A DNA stretch of 57,546 nucleotides, taken from positions 1 to 57,546 of the IMG/VR virus record IMGVR_UViG_3300046171_000107; one strand, given 5' to 3'. The position numbers and the translations under genes were made by a program. This DNA is from a virus. Its lineage: Duplodnaviria; Caudoviricetes. The notes under the pieces are model-generated. The model worked only from the letters and a program-made list of their open reading frames with translations. It searched no databases and had not been told where the DNA came from. Shown here piece by piece: positions 34,647 through 44,948 of this stretch (positions within the stretch are counted from its first letter, which is position 1; every line of letters starts with the position of its first letter).

Positions 34647-34885
34647 GCTGTGTAGGCCTTCCCTGCTGAAATAGCGGCATTGACTGCTGTCATGTCTTCT
34701 GAAGTCCAGAAGTCTTTGGCGACCATAATTTCCAGATGCTCAACATTCCTGTCAACGCAATCTTGCTTTTCAGTTGCATCAAGTTCTTCCCCTGCTGTGC
34801 CAGCAATAATATCATTGATAAGGTCAACGCTGTGACCCATTGCTGTGTAGTGCTGTGCGATTTGTTCTGCTGTGATTTCGTCCAT
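34643..34885 (-). CDS. Hypothetical protein (possible fibre assembly)
   Basis: AAGGAG Shine-Dalgarno; downstream of the fibre. Confidence 0.7.
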   Translation of the reverse strand: MDEITAEQIAQHYTAMGHSVDLINDIIAGTAGEELDATEKQDCVDRNVEHLEIMVAKDFWTSEDMTAVNAAISAGKAYTA

Positions 34886-34896
34886 TTTAATCTCCT

Positions 34897-37800
34897 TTAG
34901 TTGGACTCAAGTGCGGCTATACGAGCATTAGCCTCATCTAGCTGTTGTTTCAGTTCTTTAACTGCATTAACCAGATACCAAGTCATGTTATCTGGGTCTA
35001 CGGACAGAACGCCTGTAGATTCTTCTTTTACCATATCTGGTAATACTTGCTGTATCTCTTGTGCGATTACACCAAGCTGTAAGCCTTTTTTCCTGATAAC
35101 ATTTTGAGCATCAAGTTCTGTAATTTCATCTTCAGTGCGATACTCAAAGTTACGAACTTGAACTTGTGTGATTGCATCAAGACCAATTGTGTTGTCTACA
35201 ATGTTTTTCTTCAGTCTGCGATCAGATGTTGTTGACCACGAAGATGAGTTGTTTCCTTGATAAACACCACCACCGCCGGGATAAATAAATCCAGTTGATG
35301 TTCCTTTGTCAGTAATGTCTGTGTTATCAGCAACAATGTTGATTGCGTAGTTTGCAGTGCCACTCGACCTTGCTCTACGACCAATATAAACATTACCACT
35401 ACCTGTCGTCAGGCTGACACCAGACCTGTAACCAATAGCCACATTGTCTGTGCCAGTTGTTGTGGTGTATGCAGAATCAGCACCTACATATGTGTTACGT
35501 GCGCCTGTGGTCATTGCCCCACCAGCATAATAACCTAAACCAGTATTAAGTGTGCCTGTGCTAGTCGTGAGAGCACTTCTACCAACAGCAGTGCTATAGT
35601 TAGAAGTTGTATTCGAGTTTAATGCATTGTCTCCAACAGCCGTATTTTGACTGCCTGTGGTATTATCTTGCAGTGCCAGATAACCCACTGCCGTGTTGTT
35701 ACCCCCAATGGTGTTGGAGTATAGCGATTGACCACCAAGTGCAGTGTTGGCTGAACCTGTTGTGTTGCTATAAAGAGGGCGATAACGACCTACAGCAGTG
35801 TTTGCTGTTCCAGTGGTGTTATTGTATCCTGCTTCATAGCCAAAAGCCGCAATGTTGCCTGATGTAGTAGAAAATGCAGCCCTATAGCCAACAGCCGTAA
35901 GATAATTGGCTGTTGTGGTATAACCAGCCTGATAGCCCACCGCTGTGTTAGCACCTACCGTAGTGGAACTAGTCAATGCTTGATGCCCAACAGCGACAGA
36001 ATAATTACCTGTAGTCATCGCATCTAGTGAAAACCCACCAATGGCGACATTATAACCACCAGTGGTGTTGTTGAGCAGGGCATTTTTACCCAAAGCAACA
36101 TTGTTAGCACCTGTTGTGTTACTGGATAATGCGTCAGCACCTACAGCAGTTAGATAAAGACCTGTTGTGTGGTCTCGCCCCGCATTTCGTCCAACAGCAG
36201 TGTTGTTGGTGCCAGTAGTCTGCTCCAATGCGGATTGTCCAATGGCAGTGTTGTGATCACCTGTAACATTTGAAGTGAGTGCGGATCCACCTAAAGCTGT
36301 GTTGTTAGCCCCAGTGGTTGTTGATTGAGCCGCATACCGACCAACAACGGTATTGTTCTGACCTGTAGAAATATTTTGACCAGCGTGAGAACCAATGGCA
36401 GTGGTGTAGGATCCAGTTGTAAGGCTAGACCCTGCTACAAAACCGACTGCTGTGGTTTGGGTGGCAGTAGTGAGGGTGGATAAGGCTGAACGGCCAACTC
36501 CAGTATTACTATCCCCCGTAGTACAAGCGTCTAAGACTAGTCCACCTACTGCTGTATTGTCGGAGCCAGTGGTGTTGTTTTTAAGGGCATCATAGCCCAC
36601 TGCGACCATATAATTATTAGAGGCTACAGTTGGAGCGTGACTCAACAGAGCCTGATAACCGACAGCGGTGTTTCTTTCACCTAATGTGTTTGCTTCAAGT
36701 GCATTATAGCCAAATGCAGTGTTATCTGATGCGGTGGTGTTGCTAGCCAAAGCACCCCTACCAACACCTGTATTACCATCTCCAGTGGTGTTTTCACCTA
36801 AAGCAACATACCCAACTGCTGTATTTGTGGTGCCAGTGGTGTTAGAATAAAGTGCTTGATAGCCAATTGCCGTCATGCTGTGACCAGTGGTGGAGGCCTC
36901 ACCTGCTTTATAACCCATAGCGGTGTTGTTGTTGCCTGTATAGGCTTCTAAAGCCTGAGAACCGACAGCAGTGTTGCCTACTCCTGTAATATTTGAGGCA
37001 ATTGCAAGATAGCCTATACCAGTGTTGTTGGAGGCAGTTGTTTGTGCGCCAAGAGCAGACACACCCATTGCCACATTGTTTCCACCTGTCGTGTTTGCAT
37101 CCGCAGCGTTTAAGCCAACAGCGGTGTTACTGTTTCCGGTAGTGTTTGCCCCAAGTGCATTTGCACCTACGCCCGTGTTCCATATGGCTGTCGTGTTTGC
37201 ATCTAAAGCAGATTGTCCAACTGCGGTGTTCTGATAACCAGTAGAATTTGAGGTAAGAGCCTGATATCCAACAGCAGTGTTGTTATCACCTGTGGTATTC
37301 GTGCCTAAAGCCCCTCGTCCAACAGCCACGCCATTGTTGCCTGTCGTGTTGTTTGTCAGAGCTACATATCCAACTGCTACAAGGCTGCTGCCGGTGGTGT
37401 TGTCGTAACCAGCCTGATAACCTACGGCTGTATTGTTGCCTGCGGTGGTGTTACTCTCAAGTGCCTGATGACCAAGTGCTGTATTATTACTGCCTGTTGT
37501 GTAACGCAGTGCATAGTTACCCGCTGCTACATTTTTTGTGCCAGTGATATTGCTAAATAAAGCATTACTACCAAAAGCCACATTGTCACTAGCTGTGGTG
37601 TTGCTGGATAGTGCTGAATTACCAAAAGCGTTATTGCGTGTGCCAGTGGTGTTTGCATCTAACGAGTATACACCCACTGCTGTGTTGTTAGATGCGGTGG
37701 TGTTTGAAGTTAAAGATTGAAAACCTACGGCGACATTGTTTGAGCCATCGGTGTTTGCCTCAAGAGCCTCTCCACCAACAGCCACGTTTTGTGCGCCAAT

Positions 37801-38820
37801 GGTATTATTTTCCAAAGAAAAAATACCAAAAGCAGAGTTATTACCACCAGTAGTATTTGCCCCTAAAGAATGAACACCTACGGCTGTGTTTTTCTCGCCT
37901 GTGGTGTTAGCGTCCATTGAACGATAACCCATTGCCGTATTTTCTTGACCAGTAGTGTTGGACAACAAGGCTTCATAGCCAACAGCCGTACCAGTTCCGC
38001 CAGTAGTATTGCTAGAAAGGGCTGAATAACCTACTGCGGTTATGTTGTTTGTGGCGTTTACTTTTAGCGCATCTTTACCTACAGCCGTGTTGTTACTCGT
38101 TGTGGTATTATCACGAAGTGCGCCTGTTCCAATACCGGTGTTATTGCTGCCAGTTGTGTTTGAAGACAACGCAACCCTACCTACACCAGTATTTTGGTCG
38201 CCCGTAGTGTTTGCAGTTAAAGCATTTGACCCAATAGCGGTATTTTCATCACCGCCAGTTTGAACACTGTCAAGAGCAGTATCACCCAACGCCACGTTGT
38301 TTGCCCCTGTCGGATAGTTACCGTCCAGTTTAATCGTGCCACCGTCAGAAGTAATGCCGCCCATCTGAACCTGCGACAGAACCTGCGTTACAGTAGCGGA
38401 AGCCCCGCCGCCGTCGAACTTCAAAAGAACATCGTGGCCGTTTTCAATCTCAAAATCATTAGAAGCATTGTAAGTACCCTGAAATACAATCAGGTTACGT
38501 GAGCCAGACAAGCTGTTGCGGATGTGCACGACTTTTTCAGCATCATTGGGGTCAAGCTGAACATATGCCGTTGCGCCAAGATCCGCGCCGTCATTAAACT
38601 CAATAAAGCGATTGCGCCCGTCAGATAGAGCGCCGTTGTTAATTAGCAGGGTGTTAGGTGAGCCCGAAGTACCCGCAGCGGCTAGCGTGACAGTGGCAAT
38701 ACCATTAGTCGCTTGGTCAATAATGTCGAAGTTAGTGTTAGTCGTTACACCCCATGTGCCCGACTGATCGCCGGTCCCCGGCTTCTCAATGCCAATATTG
38801 ACTGTATATGTACTTGCCAT
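34897..38820 (-). CDS. Long tail fibre with YadA-head-like beta-roll repeats and C-terminal S74 intramolecular chaperone
   Basis: Dozens of 17-aa NTTG..NTAVG..AL repeats; SDRRLKKNI...GVIAQE...LVNAVKEL. Confidence 0.85.
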   Translation of the reverse strand: MASTYTVNIGIEKPGTGDQSGTWGVTTNTNFDIIDQATNGIATVTLAAAGTSGSPNTLLINNGALSDGRNRFIEFNDGADLGATAYVQLDPNDAEKVVHIRNSLSGSRNLIVFQGTYNASNDFEIENGHDVLLKFDGGGASATVTQVLSQVQMGGITSDGGTIKLDGNYPTGANNVALGDTALDSVQTGGDENTAIGSNALTANTTGDQNTGVGRVALSSNTTGSNNTGIGTGALRDNTTTSNNTAVGKDALKVNATNNITAVGYSALSSNTTGGTGTAVGYEALLSNTTGQENTAMGYRSMDANTTGEKNTAVGVHSLGANTTGGNNSAFGIFSLENNTIGAQNVAVGGEALEANTDGSNNVAVGFQSLTSNTTASNNTAVGVYSLDANTTGTRNNAFGNSALSSNTTASDNVAFGSNALFSNITGTKNVAAGNYALRYTTGSNNTALGHQALESNTTAGNNTAVGYQAGYDNTTGSSLVAVGYVALTNNTTGNNGVAVGRGALGTNTTGDNNTAVGYQALTSNSTGYQNTAVGQSALDANTTAIWNTGVGANALGANTTGNSNTAVGLNAADANTTGGNNVAMGVSALGAQTTASNNTGIGYLAIASNITGVGNTAVGSQALEAYTGNNNTAMGYKAGEASTTGHSMTAIGYQALYSNTTGTTNTAVGYVALGENTTGDGNTGVGRGALASNTTASDNTAFGYNALEANTLGERNTAVGYQALLSHAPTVASNNYMVAVGYDALKNNTTGSDNTAVGGLVLDACTTGDSNTGVGRSALSTLTTATQTTAVGFVAGSSLTTGSYTTAIGSHAGQNISTGQNNTVVGRYAAQSTTTGANNTALGGSALTSNVTGDHNTAIGQSALEQTTGTNNTAVGRNAGRDHTTGLYLTAVGADALSSNTTGANNVALGKNALLNNTTGGYNVAIGGFSLDAMTTGNYSVAVGHQALTSSTTVGANTAVGYQAGYTTTANYLTAVGYRAAFSTTSGNIAAFGYEAGYNNTTGTANTAVGRYRPLYSNTTGSANTALGGQSLYSNTIGGNNTAVGYLALQDNTTGSQNTAVGDNALNSNTTSNYSTAVGRSALTTSTGTLNTGLGYYAGGAMTTGARNTYVGADSAYTTTTGTDNVAIGYRSGVSLTTGSGNVYIGRRARSSGTANYAINIVADNTDITDKGTSTGFIYPGGGGVYQGNNSSSWSTTSDRRLKKNIVDNTIGLDAITQVQVRNFEYRTEDEITELDAQNVIRKKGLQLGVIAQEIQQVLPDMVKEESTGVLSVDPDNMTWYLVNAVKELKQQLDEANARIAALESN

Positions 38821-38832
38821 GCTCTTAACCCC

Positions 38833-39735
38833 TTAAGCTGCTATTTGACCCCAACCCGGCGTCTGGGATGGTACTTCATCCGACCAAGTTGGCGTCTGAC
38901 TTGGGTCAATGCTATTATACCCTGCATTTTGATTTGGCACAATAGTTCCCCAAACTAATACTTGTCCTACGTTTCCAGTGGCTTGCAGGCCTGCTGGATA
39001 CACGTTCCCCTTTGCGTCAACGGTGACATCACCGACATCCGCAGTGGCTTCAAGACCCGTAACAAAAACAAAAGTCTCTGTTTCTACCGTTACAGAGCCC
39101 ACCGACATAGTGGCTTCAAGACCCGTGACCGGTGCCGTTGCACCAGCATTGACGACAATAAAGCCGCCGTAAACAAAGCCTTGCGCTTGGACACCGCTAG
39201 GTATCTCAACTACCGCCCCGGCATCTACAGTAACGGACCCTACGTTGCCCGTGGCTGAAATACCGGTAACCGGCACGTTTGCATCGCCGCTTACCGTAGC
39301 AGTACCGATTTCACCGGTGCCTGCAACCCCCGTCACATTGATGTTAGCCGCAGCGGAGACTGTGACTGAACCTACGCCGCTAGTCGCTTCAATACCCGTG
39401 ACAGGGACATTCGCGTCGCCACTTACTGTGGCAGTGCCTATTTGACCCGTAGCCGCAACACCTGTCGGATAGACATTCGCCGCAGCTATCGTTGTAACAG
39501 AGCCTACCTCGCCAGTAGCGGATACTCCTGTTACGCCTATGTTTGCGTCGGCCTGTACTGTGACAGAGCCGACATTACCCGTTGCCGCCAATCCCGTGAC
39601 TGGTGCATTCGCTTCAGCAACAACCGTTACCGAACCTACATTACCAGTGGCCTTTGGTAGGTCTGTTTGGCCCCAAGGCATTTCGCCCCAGCCAAAGCGA
39701 CCCCAGCCGCCAAGTGGGACGACGACATCGGTCAT
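38833..39735 (-). CDS. Repetitive structural (fibre-like) protein
   Basis: 21-aa VTG..ATG.VGSVTV repeats; WGRFGWG motif. Confidence 0.75.
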   Translation of the reverse strand: MTDVVVPLGGWGRFGWGEMPWGQTDLPKATGNVGSVTVVAEANAPVTGLAATGNVGSVTVQADANIGVTGVSATGEVGSVTTIAAANVYPTGVAATGQIGTATVSGDANVPVTGIEATSGVGSVTVSAAANINVTGVAGTGEIGTATVSGDANVPVTGISATGNVGSVTVDAGAVVEIPSGVQAQGFVYGGFIVVNAGATAPVTGLEATMSVGSVTVETETFVFVTGLEATADVGDVTVDAKGNVYPAGLQATGNVGQVLVWGTIVPNQNAGYNSIDPSQTPTWSDEVPSQTPGWGQIAA

Positions 39736-40184
39736 TAGGCTATCCGAATGATCGCGTTACTTGCATCTGCGGTTGGGAAAACAACCGTAAAGTCACCTGC
39801 CGTCGAAGTTTTATCCGCGCCAAAGTCCAAAACCACTACCGATGGATTGGTAACAGCAATAGACGTTGTGTTTGGCGTTGAGTTGTAAATCAACGCGCCA
39901 CGTGCGGTAATTGTCGCCGTCGTCCAAGTCTCGTCATCAAAATCAGTTAGCGCCGTAGTGCCGCTAGTTGACGGATCCACATTAGTCAGCGCCTGTCCAC
40001 CAGCAGAATAGCCTGTTCCACTAACTTCATTGGTAGCAGAATAAGCCGTTGTGCTAGCATCCAGCGTAGCTGAGCTAGTATATAGCGCCATATACATAGT
40101 ATCCGCGCCATTTGCAAAATCGTGTACACCAAACAAGAGTTCTTTCTTGAAAGATGTACACATATAGTTTCCTGAAAACGCCAT
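39735..40184 (-). CDS. Putative tail structural protein
   Basis: ALYT...NEVSGTGY.AGG...LDFG motif. Confidence 0.7.
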   Translation of the reverse strand: MAFSGNYMCTSFKKELLFGVHDFANGADTMYMALYTSSATLDASTTAYSATNEVSGTGYSAGGQALTNVDPSTSGTTALTDFDDETWTTATITARGALIYNSTPNTTSIAVTNPSVVVLDFGADKTSTAGDFTVVFPTADASNAIIRIA

Positions 40185-40185
40185 G

Positions 40186-40479
40186 TCACAGTCTCCTTAT
40201 AAGTTCGGCCAAATCTTTATGGCCTGCGTCATTCAGTGCGTTGTACACCGTTGTTCTATCACTTCTTATGGCTTCGCGCATATAGAAAGTTAGTGTCCTA
40301 ACTAGCTGTTGGCGAAAAGCCCTTGCTTGGTCACGAATAGCTGGGTTAGCGTTGTCAGAGATAGAAATAATCTTATCCGCGCAGCGCTCCGCAACCTCTT
40401 CAGGTGTAAAGCCCCTACCACTTGTGGTGTGAACCTCTACCTGAAACTCTGGATTTATCTGTAATGCTTCTACTTTCAT
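40186..40479 (-). CDS. Hypothetical protein
   Basis: ORF in the structural operon. Confidence 0.75.
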   Translation of the reverse strand: MKVEALQINPEFQVEVHTTSGRGFTPEEVAERCADKIISISDNANPAIRDQARAFRQQLVRTLTFYMREAIRSDRTTVYNALNDAGHKDLAELIRRL

Positions 40480-41126
40480 TGTTTCGGCCTAATTACCATT
40501 CCTGTGCGATACTGGTCAGTAACTTCCTTAGACTCACCAAACATCTTGAGACCCATAATCGACTCACCAAACCGCTTTTCATACAGCGCCTGCATATCCG
40601 CCTCACCCTTCATAAAGATGTAAGCTTCCATCAAACTGCCATACAGCATCGCAAGTTCAGCGTTCTCGCTGAGCCATGTCGTTCCTGTACCGGCCCCCGC
40701 AGTTAAACTGGCCGGTCTATAGAAATAGTGCAGTTCTACCGCATAACTACTGTCCGGCGTAGGTCCAATAATAAAGTTGGTTAAATCGAAAACAGCATAA
40801 TACCGCGGCCCACCCTCTACCGTTGGATCCGGGTTAAACTGTTGGACATAATCCGCGTCCTTAAAATCAAGGAAATTTGCGTCATTTCCGGCATCTGTGT
40901 AGGCCAAAGAATACGGTGCAAGAAAGTCTGTAGGACAAGTCAAAAACTTGTTTGAGGCTGTCATGTTACCCGACACGTTCTTCCGAAACAGGCTAAGCTG
41001 CACATTCTTGAGAATGCGCTCTTCAGTGTTACGAATAAACACAGGTATGTTGTTGATGAAAGTCGTTTCATCGTTTTCAGTGTAATCCTGAATAGCCTGC
41101 TGTAGTTCCGCATATGTAAAACTCAT
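40476..41126 (-). CDS. Head-tail adaptor-like protein
   Basis: TY.EL..I....FI..E.RI...P.DF...GPTPD..Y.VELHY...LYGSL.EA..FMK. Confidence 0.7.
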   Translation of the reverse strand: MSFTYAELQQAIQDYTENDETTFINNIPVFIRNTEERILKNVQLSLFRKNVSGNMTASNKFLTCPTDFLAPYSLAYTDAGNDANFLDFKDADYVQQFNPDPTVEGGPRYYAVFDLTNFIIGPTPDSSYAVELHYFYRPASLTAGAGTGTTWLSENAELAMLYGSLMEAYIFMKGEADMQALYEKRFGESIMGLKMFGESKEVTDQYRTGMVIRPKQ

Positions 41127-41425
41127 ACTGTCACCGTAACACTACCAACTTGCCCAAAACCCTGTGCGGGCAGCAAGTTAGGTGCCTCTACTAAAGGAAC
41201 CCCAACAAACACGTCTAGCGGCTCCGTTCTATCGGGACGCGCTTCCTTCAACGCTTCCGCATCTACAACCTTACGAAAAGGCCCTAGCTGCGGGTGTTTT
41301 GGCTCCCATTCATCTTTGCCGACAAGCAAACCGTTCCACTCTTTACGCATATCCTTATACCGATACCGGAACCCGGAACGGTCAGATATGGCATATGAGT
41401 CTTTACCTGTCGCATATTTAGACAT
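41123..41425 (-). CDS. Conserved phage protein
   Basis: DRSGFRY...EWNG..V..DE.EPKHPQ motif. Confidence 0.75.
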   Translation of the reverse strand: MSKYATGKDSYAISDRSGFRYRYKDMRKEWNGLLVGKDEWEPKHPQLGPFRKVVDAEALKEARPDRTEPLDVFVGVPLVEAPNLLPAQGFGQVGSVTVTV

Positions 41426-42093
41426 CAGGTCGTCCTAAAATACTGGTATTGAGGAACGACATTAAAGGAAGCCCGATCCCGGTCTTCTGTAGCCGCCCGC
41501 TCAAATTCTTCTTCATAAATAGCCTTCAAAAGCTGCACTCGATTTGGTGCGCGTTTGACTGCAATGTAATAAGCCAGACCCGCCGCCAAGCACGGATAGA
41601 ACCGGAACGGCACTTCCATCGTATTGATGAAGGTGTCGGCGTCCTCAATGCGTGTCAGCGCATCATAGATAACCACGTCCGTGCTGTTATCTGGAACAGG
41701 CCAAAGCTTTAGTTCTGGTGTAATCTGACGATCCAAGAAGAACTGGTTAGCCCTGCTTTCCGTAGTTTTGGTCGGGATAGACAAGTATTCATCCCGGCTG
41801 AGCCTCTCCAGCGCATAATCAGTGCCGCTGCGCCGCACGATAACAGACAAGATGTCAATCACGTCTGTGCCGAGCGAGTAATTACCGGTGCCTTGCGTTA
41901 CCGTTATGCTGCGCTGGGCAATAGTCCACTGGTTCAACCCACGGTTAGCCCAATCCGCCAACATGAGGTTGAGCGACCGCTTTGCAGACTTAAGGTCATA
42001 ACCAGTACGAACCTCAAGACCACAGCGCTCAAACGCCTCCTCAATATAATCGGAAACGTCTAACTCAAAATCTGTGCTGCCGGATGTAGCCAT
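41425..42093 (-). CDS. Head-tail adaptor / tail tubular protein
   Basis: IEEAFERCG...RSLNLM..W.N...LWPVPD...GLAYY. Confidence 0.7.
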   Translation of the reverse strand: MATSGSTDFELDVSDYIEEAFERCGLEVRTGYDLKSAKRSLNLMLADWANRGLNQWTIAQRSITVTQGTGNYSLGTDVIDILSVIVRRSGTDYALERLSRDEYLSIPTKTTESRANQFFLDRQITPELKLWPVPDNSTDVVIYDALTRIEDADTFINTMEVPFRFYPCLAAGLAYYIAVKRAPNRVQLLKAIYEEEFERAATEDRDRASFNVVPQYQYFRTT

Positions 42094-42094
42094 C

Positions 42095-42232
42095 TTACTT
42101 CTTCTTTACCATTCCGCCGCCGCGCATCTTTTTAACCATGCCACCGCCGCGCATTTTCTTTACCATACCGCCGCCGCGCATCTTTTTGACCGCGCCGCCT
42201 TTCTTCATCATCTTACGGGGTTTCATTGCCAT
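42095..42232 (-). CDS. 45-aa basic repeat peptide (KKMRGGGMV)n, not in ORF track
   Basis: MAMKPRKMMKKGGAVKKMRGGGMVKKMRGGGMVKKMRGGGMVKKK; the 27-nt repeats vary only at synonymous sites; AGGAG Shine-Dalgarno. Confidence 0.8.
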   Translation of the reverse strand: MAMKPRKMMKKGGAVKKMRGGGMVKKMRGGGMVKKMRGGGMVKKK

Positions 42233-42800
42233 TTTTCAGTCTCCTGTAAAGATCGTTGCGCCTCTGAAAGATATCTTCTGCGTTATACTCCTCCAGATAC
42301 CTGTCATAATAGCCTTTTTTAACCAGTTTGTCTGCTGATTCCTGCACTTTGGACAAACGCTGCACAAAAATCATTGCATACTCGTCTTCAACTAAGTGCA
42401 TAAAGCTCTGGTCGTCAATGAAGTCATTGGCCTCATCGTGTGGGTGAAAACCCATCAACCAGATGTCCCTGTCTATAAAAACGCCTTCAGATATAGCGTC
42501 GTTCATACTTTCCAGATACTCATGAAAGTCATCGGGATCCTTCTTAAACGCCATGTCTACAATAATAACTAAATCAAATGTGTCTTCCCACTGGGATATC
42601 GTGCTGTACAACACCTGCATATTGGTGTCATACTTAAACAAAATAAGGACTTTATCTTCTTCCCACGCCTTCTGGGCATAAGGACAGGGCGGTAACCCGT
42701 TATAATACGGATTAGGCTTTTGCAAGGTATGCGCTGACCAAGCTAAAATTTCTTGGCATATCTCGCTTTCTTTATCTATGTAAAATGCTGTGTTGTTCAT
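42213..42800 (-). CDS. DUF1415-like protein
   Basis: PCPYA, GFHP, Y..IFVQR motifs; ATGA-coupled start. Confidence 0.6.
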   Translation of the reverse strand: MNNTAFYIDKESEICQEILAWSAHTLQKPNPYYNGLPPCPYAQKAWEEDKVLILFKYDTNMQVLYSTISQWEDTFDLVIIVDMAFKKDPDDFHEYLESMNDAISEGVFIDRDIWLMGFHPHDEANDFIDDQSFMHLVEDEYAMIFVQRLSKVQESADKLVKKGYYDRYLEEYNAEDIFQRRNDLYRRLKNGNETP

Positions 42801-43183
42801 GCTTGTGACACCGATCCTTTCGTTCTTTTGCGCCGCCCGTTCATAACAGCGCCACAACCACGTGCCACAGCCGTTCCGGGGATACTACTGCCACGAAATG
42901 GGCGCTTTGCCCTTGTCTCGTAGCCTGCAACGCCCCCATTAGCCATCTTTTTTACTTTAGCCGCTTTGGTATTAGCGACGACAGTCTTTCCCTTAGAGCC
43001 TTCACGCTTCTTTTTACGCGCTGTCGCAGCGCGTTCACTTTTCGATAAACTGCTAGCCTTACGTCTAGGCAAACAACGGTCAGGGTTACGCTTATCCTTT
43101 GACGTACCGCACGGCCCCGCGATATTGCCTTTGCTATCAATTCGGACCCAATCTTCATCTAACCACTCCTTTAATCCGCCCAT
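42797..43183 (-). CDS. Basic conserved phage protein (DUF5872-like)
   Basis: L..W..EDW...CG...CLP..KA..LS..ER; KMANGG. Confidence 0.65.
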   Translation of the reverse strand: MGGLKEWLDEDWVRIDSKGNIAGPCGTSKDKRNPDRCLPRRKASSLSKSERAATARKKKREGSKGKTVVANTKAAKVKKMANGGVAGYETRAKRPFRGSSIPGTAVARGCGAVMNGRRKRTKGSVSQA

Positions 43184-43410
43184 TATTTACCCTTTCGCTT
43201 ACCGCCTTTAGACTTTTTGGCGTAATTAGGGTCTTTACAATATTTAGAGGCGGCTAAATTAGCGTAAGCCGAGGGATAGGTATCAAACGTGCGCTTTGCC
43301 CACGCCTTACCTTCAGGGCATATCGTGCCGCCCTTCTTCATCTTAACGACGCCACCTTTTGCCATTTTTCTAACGGAGCAAGCGCCTGCGCCTAAATTAA
43401 CTCGTGTCAT
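43183..43410 (-). CDS. Basic conserved phage protein
   Basis: AKRTF..YPSAYAN motif; KMAKGG/KMKKGG. Confidence 0.7.
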   Translation of the reverse strand: MTRVNLGAGACSVRKMAKGGVVKMKKGGTICPEGKAWAKRTFDTYPSAYANLAASKYCKDPNYAKKSKGGKRKGK

Positions 43411-43604
43411 GTCAACACCGCCACTAATGCTATTACTGTTGCCGCAAGTTGCAGAGCAATGCCGCCAAGAATAGCCCAGACCTTTACATCCAGACGATCT
43501 ATGTCTTTTTGCATATGAGCAAGATGGTTGGTCTCCAACCGGTGTAAAACGGCTGTGATTACTTCAACCTTCTTGTCTAGTTCTGCAACTGTTGGCTTGC
43601 TCAT
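43407..43604 (-). CDS. Small coiled-coil protein with C-terminal TM helix
   Basis: NHLAH..D + hydrophobic tail. Confidence 0.7.
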   Translation of the reverse strand: MSKPTVAELDKKVEVITAVLHRLETNHLAHMQKDIDRLDVKVWAILGGIALQLAATVIALVAVLT

Positions 43605-43605
43605 T

Positions 43606-43893
43606 TTAACATTTCCACCTTTTACGCGCCTGCCTCAAACGGCTGTTTGGATTTTTTGCCGCTTTAGGAAACTTTTTCATTTGTCCCGCAGAACGCGCAC
43701 AGAAAGACTTACGACGCTTTGCATCCTTACTACCTTTTTTGACCTTGCCTGTTACGGCGGTCTTTAACTTTGAGCCGGGGTTTGCCTTTCTGTATGCGGC
43801 TACTCCAGCTTTAGTCATCCCGGCCCCTTTTTTAGTAGGGCGGAAATTCTTCTTGTTGCGCGGGGGCATTTTGGCTTTTTTGCGTTCAGCCAT
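43606..43893 (-). CDS. Basic protein (DUF6321-like)
   Basis: G.T..G...Y...NPGSKL...RRKSFCARS.G...R.W.C. Confidence 0.7.
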   Translation of the reverse strand: MAERKKAKMPPRNKKNFRPTKKGAGMTKAGVAAYRKANPGSKLKTAVTGKVKKGSKDAKRRKSFCARSAGQMKKFPKAAKNPNSRLRQARKRWKC

Positions 43894-44642
43894 TACAGAG
43901 CATCCCCGTTGCCGATTAACACGCCATTAAAAGATGCGGACAAAGCGTTCGCTTGGTTTTTATTACAAATACCCCGAACCTCAACGTCGGACTTTTCGGT
44001 TACCTTAATTGGGTAGGCAAACGGATAATAAATCTGACTTTCCACAACATCTATCTTAACTTGCGTTCTAAACACCCCACCAAAAGGCTTTACCAAGAAA
44101 CGCACAGTCATAAACACCCCACCAGATGTTCCGGTGCCGTGTGTGGCAATGCCTTCGTTAATGTAGAGAGTTTTACCCGCAGGAACGGTATATACCGCCA
44201 TTAGCGTTTGGTTTTCACCATTTGTGATCTGAGCATAGGTAGTGCCGCCGTTAGCTATGGTGATATTACCGGTAGGAGAAGTTGAACCGCTTACATACGC
44301 CCTAAAGACACGAAGAAACAGCCCACTGGTGGTAGCTGTCCCGCTAGCGTTCAAAGTTACTTCTTCGTCCAATTCGGCATAATTTGCGTCAAGACCAGAT
44401 ACCAGTACCTTTACACCAGAATCTGTAGCACCCCCTGCGGAGGTGACTGTCATAGCTACAGCGGAACCCGGATAAGCGTATAAGCCACCGGCATCCCAAA
44501 TAGTTTCACTTACATTGATGATGTTAGGATTATAACCGTATTTGAACAGCGTGTTGTGATACGCTATTTGGTCACGAGAAGACTGAAGCTCAAACGGCTC
44601 CGAAGTCCCTACTCTTGATATGGAACTAACTTCACGAGCCAT
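43893..44642 (-). CDS. Putative structural protein
   Basis: Beta-rich; QT.MAVYTVPAG motif. Confidence 0.7.
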   Translation of the reverse strand: MAREVSSISRVGTSEPFELQSSRDQIAYHNTLFKYGYNPNIINVSETIWDAGGLYAYPGSAVAMTVTSAGGATDSGVKVLVSGLDANYAELDEEVTLNASGTATTSGLFLRVFRAYVSGSTSPTGNITIANGGTTYAQITNGENQTLMAVYTVPAGKTLYINEGIATHGTGTSGGVFMTVRFLVKPFGGVFRTQVKIDVVESQIYYPFAYPIKVTEKSDVEVRGICNKNQANALSASFNGVLIGNGDAL

Positions 44643-44654
44643 TCGAGCCTCCTG

Positions 44655-44945
44655 TTATGACAAGAAGACAGTCACGCTATCCAAAGCGGTTTCGTCTATA
44701 TACAGGTCTGTATCGAAACGAATGCCGTCATCTGGAATGTTGACTGAAAAAGTGTCACTTGTTTGAAGGTCAAGTTGTAGCCTGACCGTGCCACTGGCTC
44801 CGCCATCCTTTAAAATGATGGCAGGCGAACCTGCGGCTTCGGTATTTACCGTAAGCTGGCGCAAACGGCACGGTCCACTATAGATCGTGCCGTCTCCGGC
44901 TGTGCCTACGTCCCGATATTTGGAAAATATCAGAGATCCAGCCAT
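44655..44945 (-). CDS. Small beta-rich structural protein
   Basis: IP.DGI.F motif. Confidence 0.7.
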   Translation of the reverse strand: MAGSLIFSKYRDVGTAGDGTIYSGPCRLRQLTVNTEAAGSPAIILKDGGASGTVRLQLDLQTSDTFSVNIPDDGIRFDTDLYIDETALDSVTVFLS

Positions 44946-44948
44946 ATC

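Noticed and set aside
5750-38210. Partial CCCGTAG matches inside genes (e.g. 5752, 11951, 14928, 17429, 38201)
   Set aside because: Shorter than the full box and not at start codons; expected by chance
35300-38300. Possible CRISPR array or DGR repeats in the tail fibre
   Set aside because: Repeats are degenerate protein-level 17-aa units; no identical DNA repeats with spacers and no reverse transcriptase
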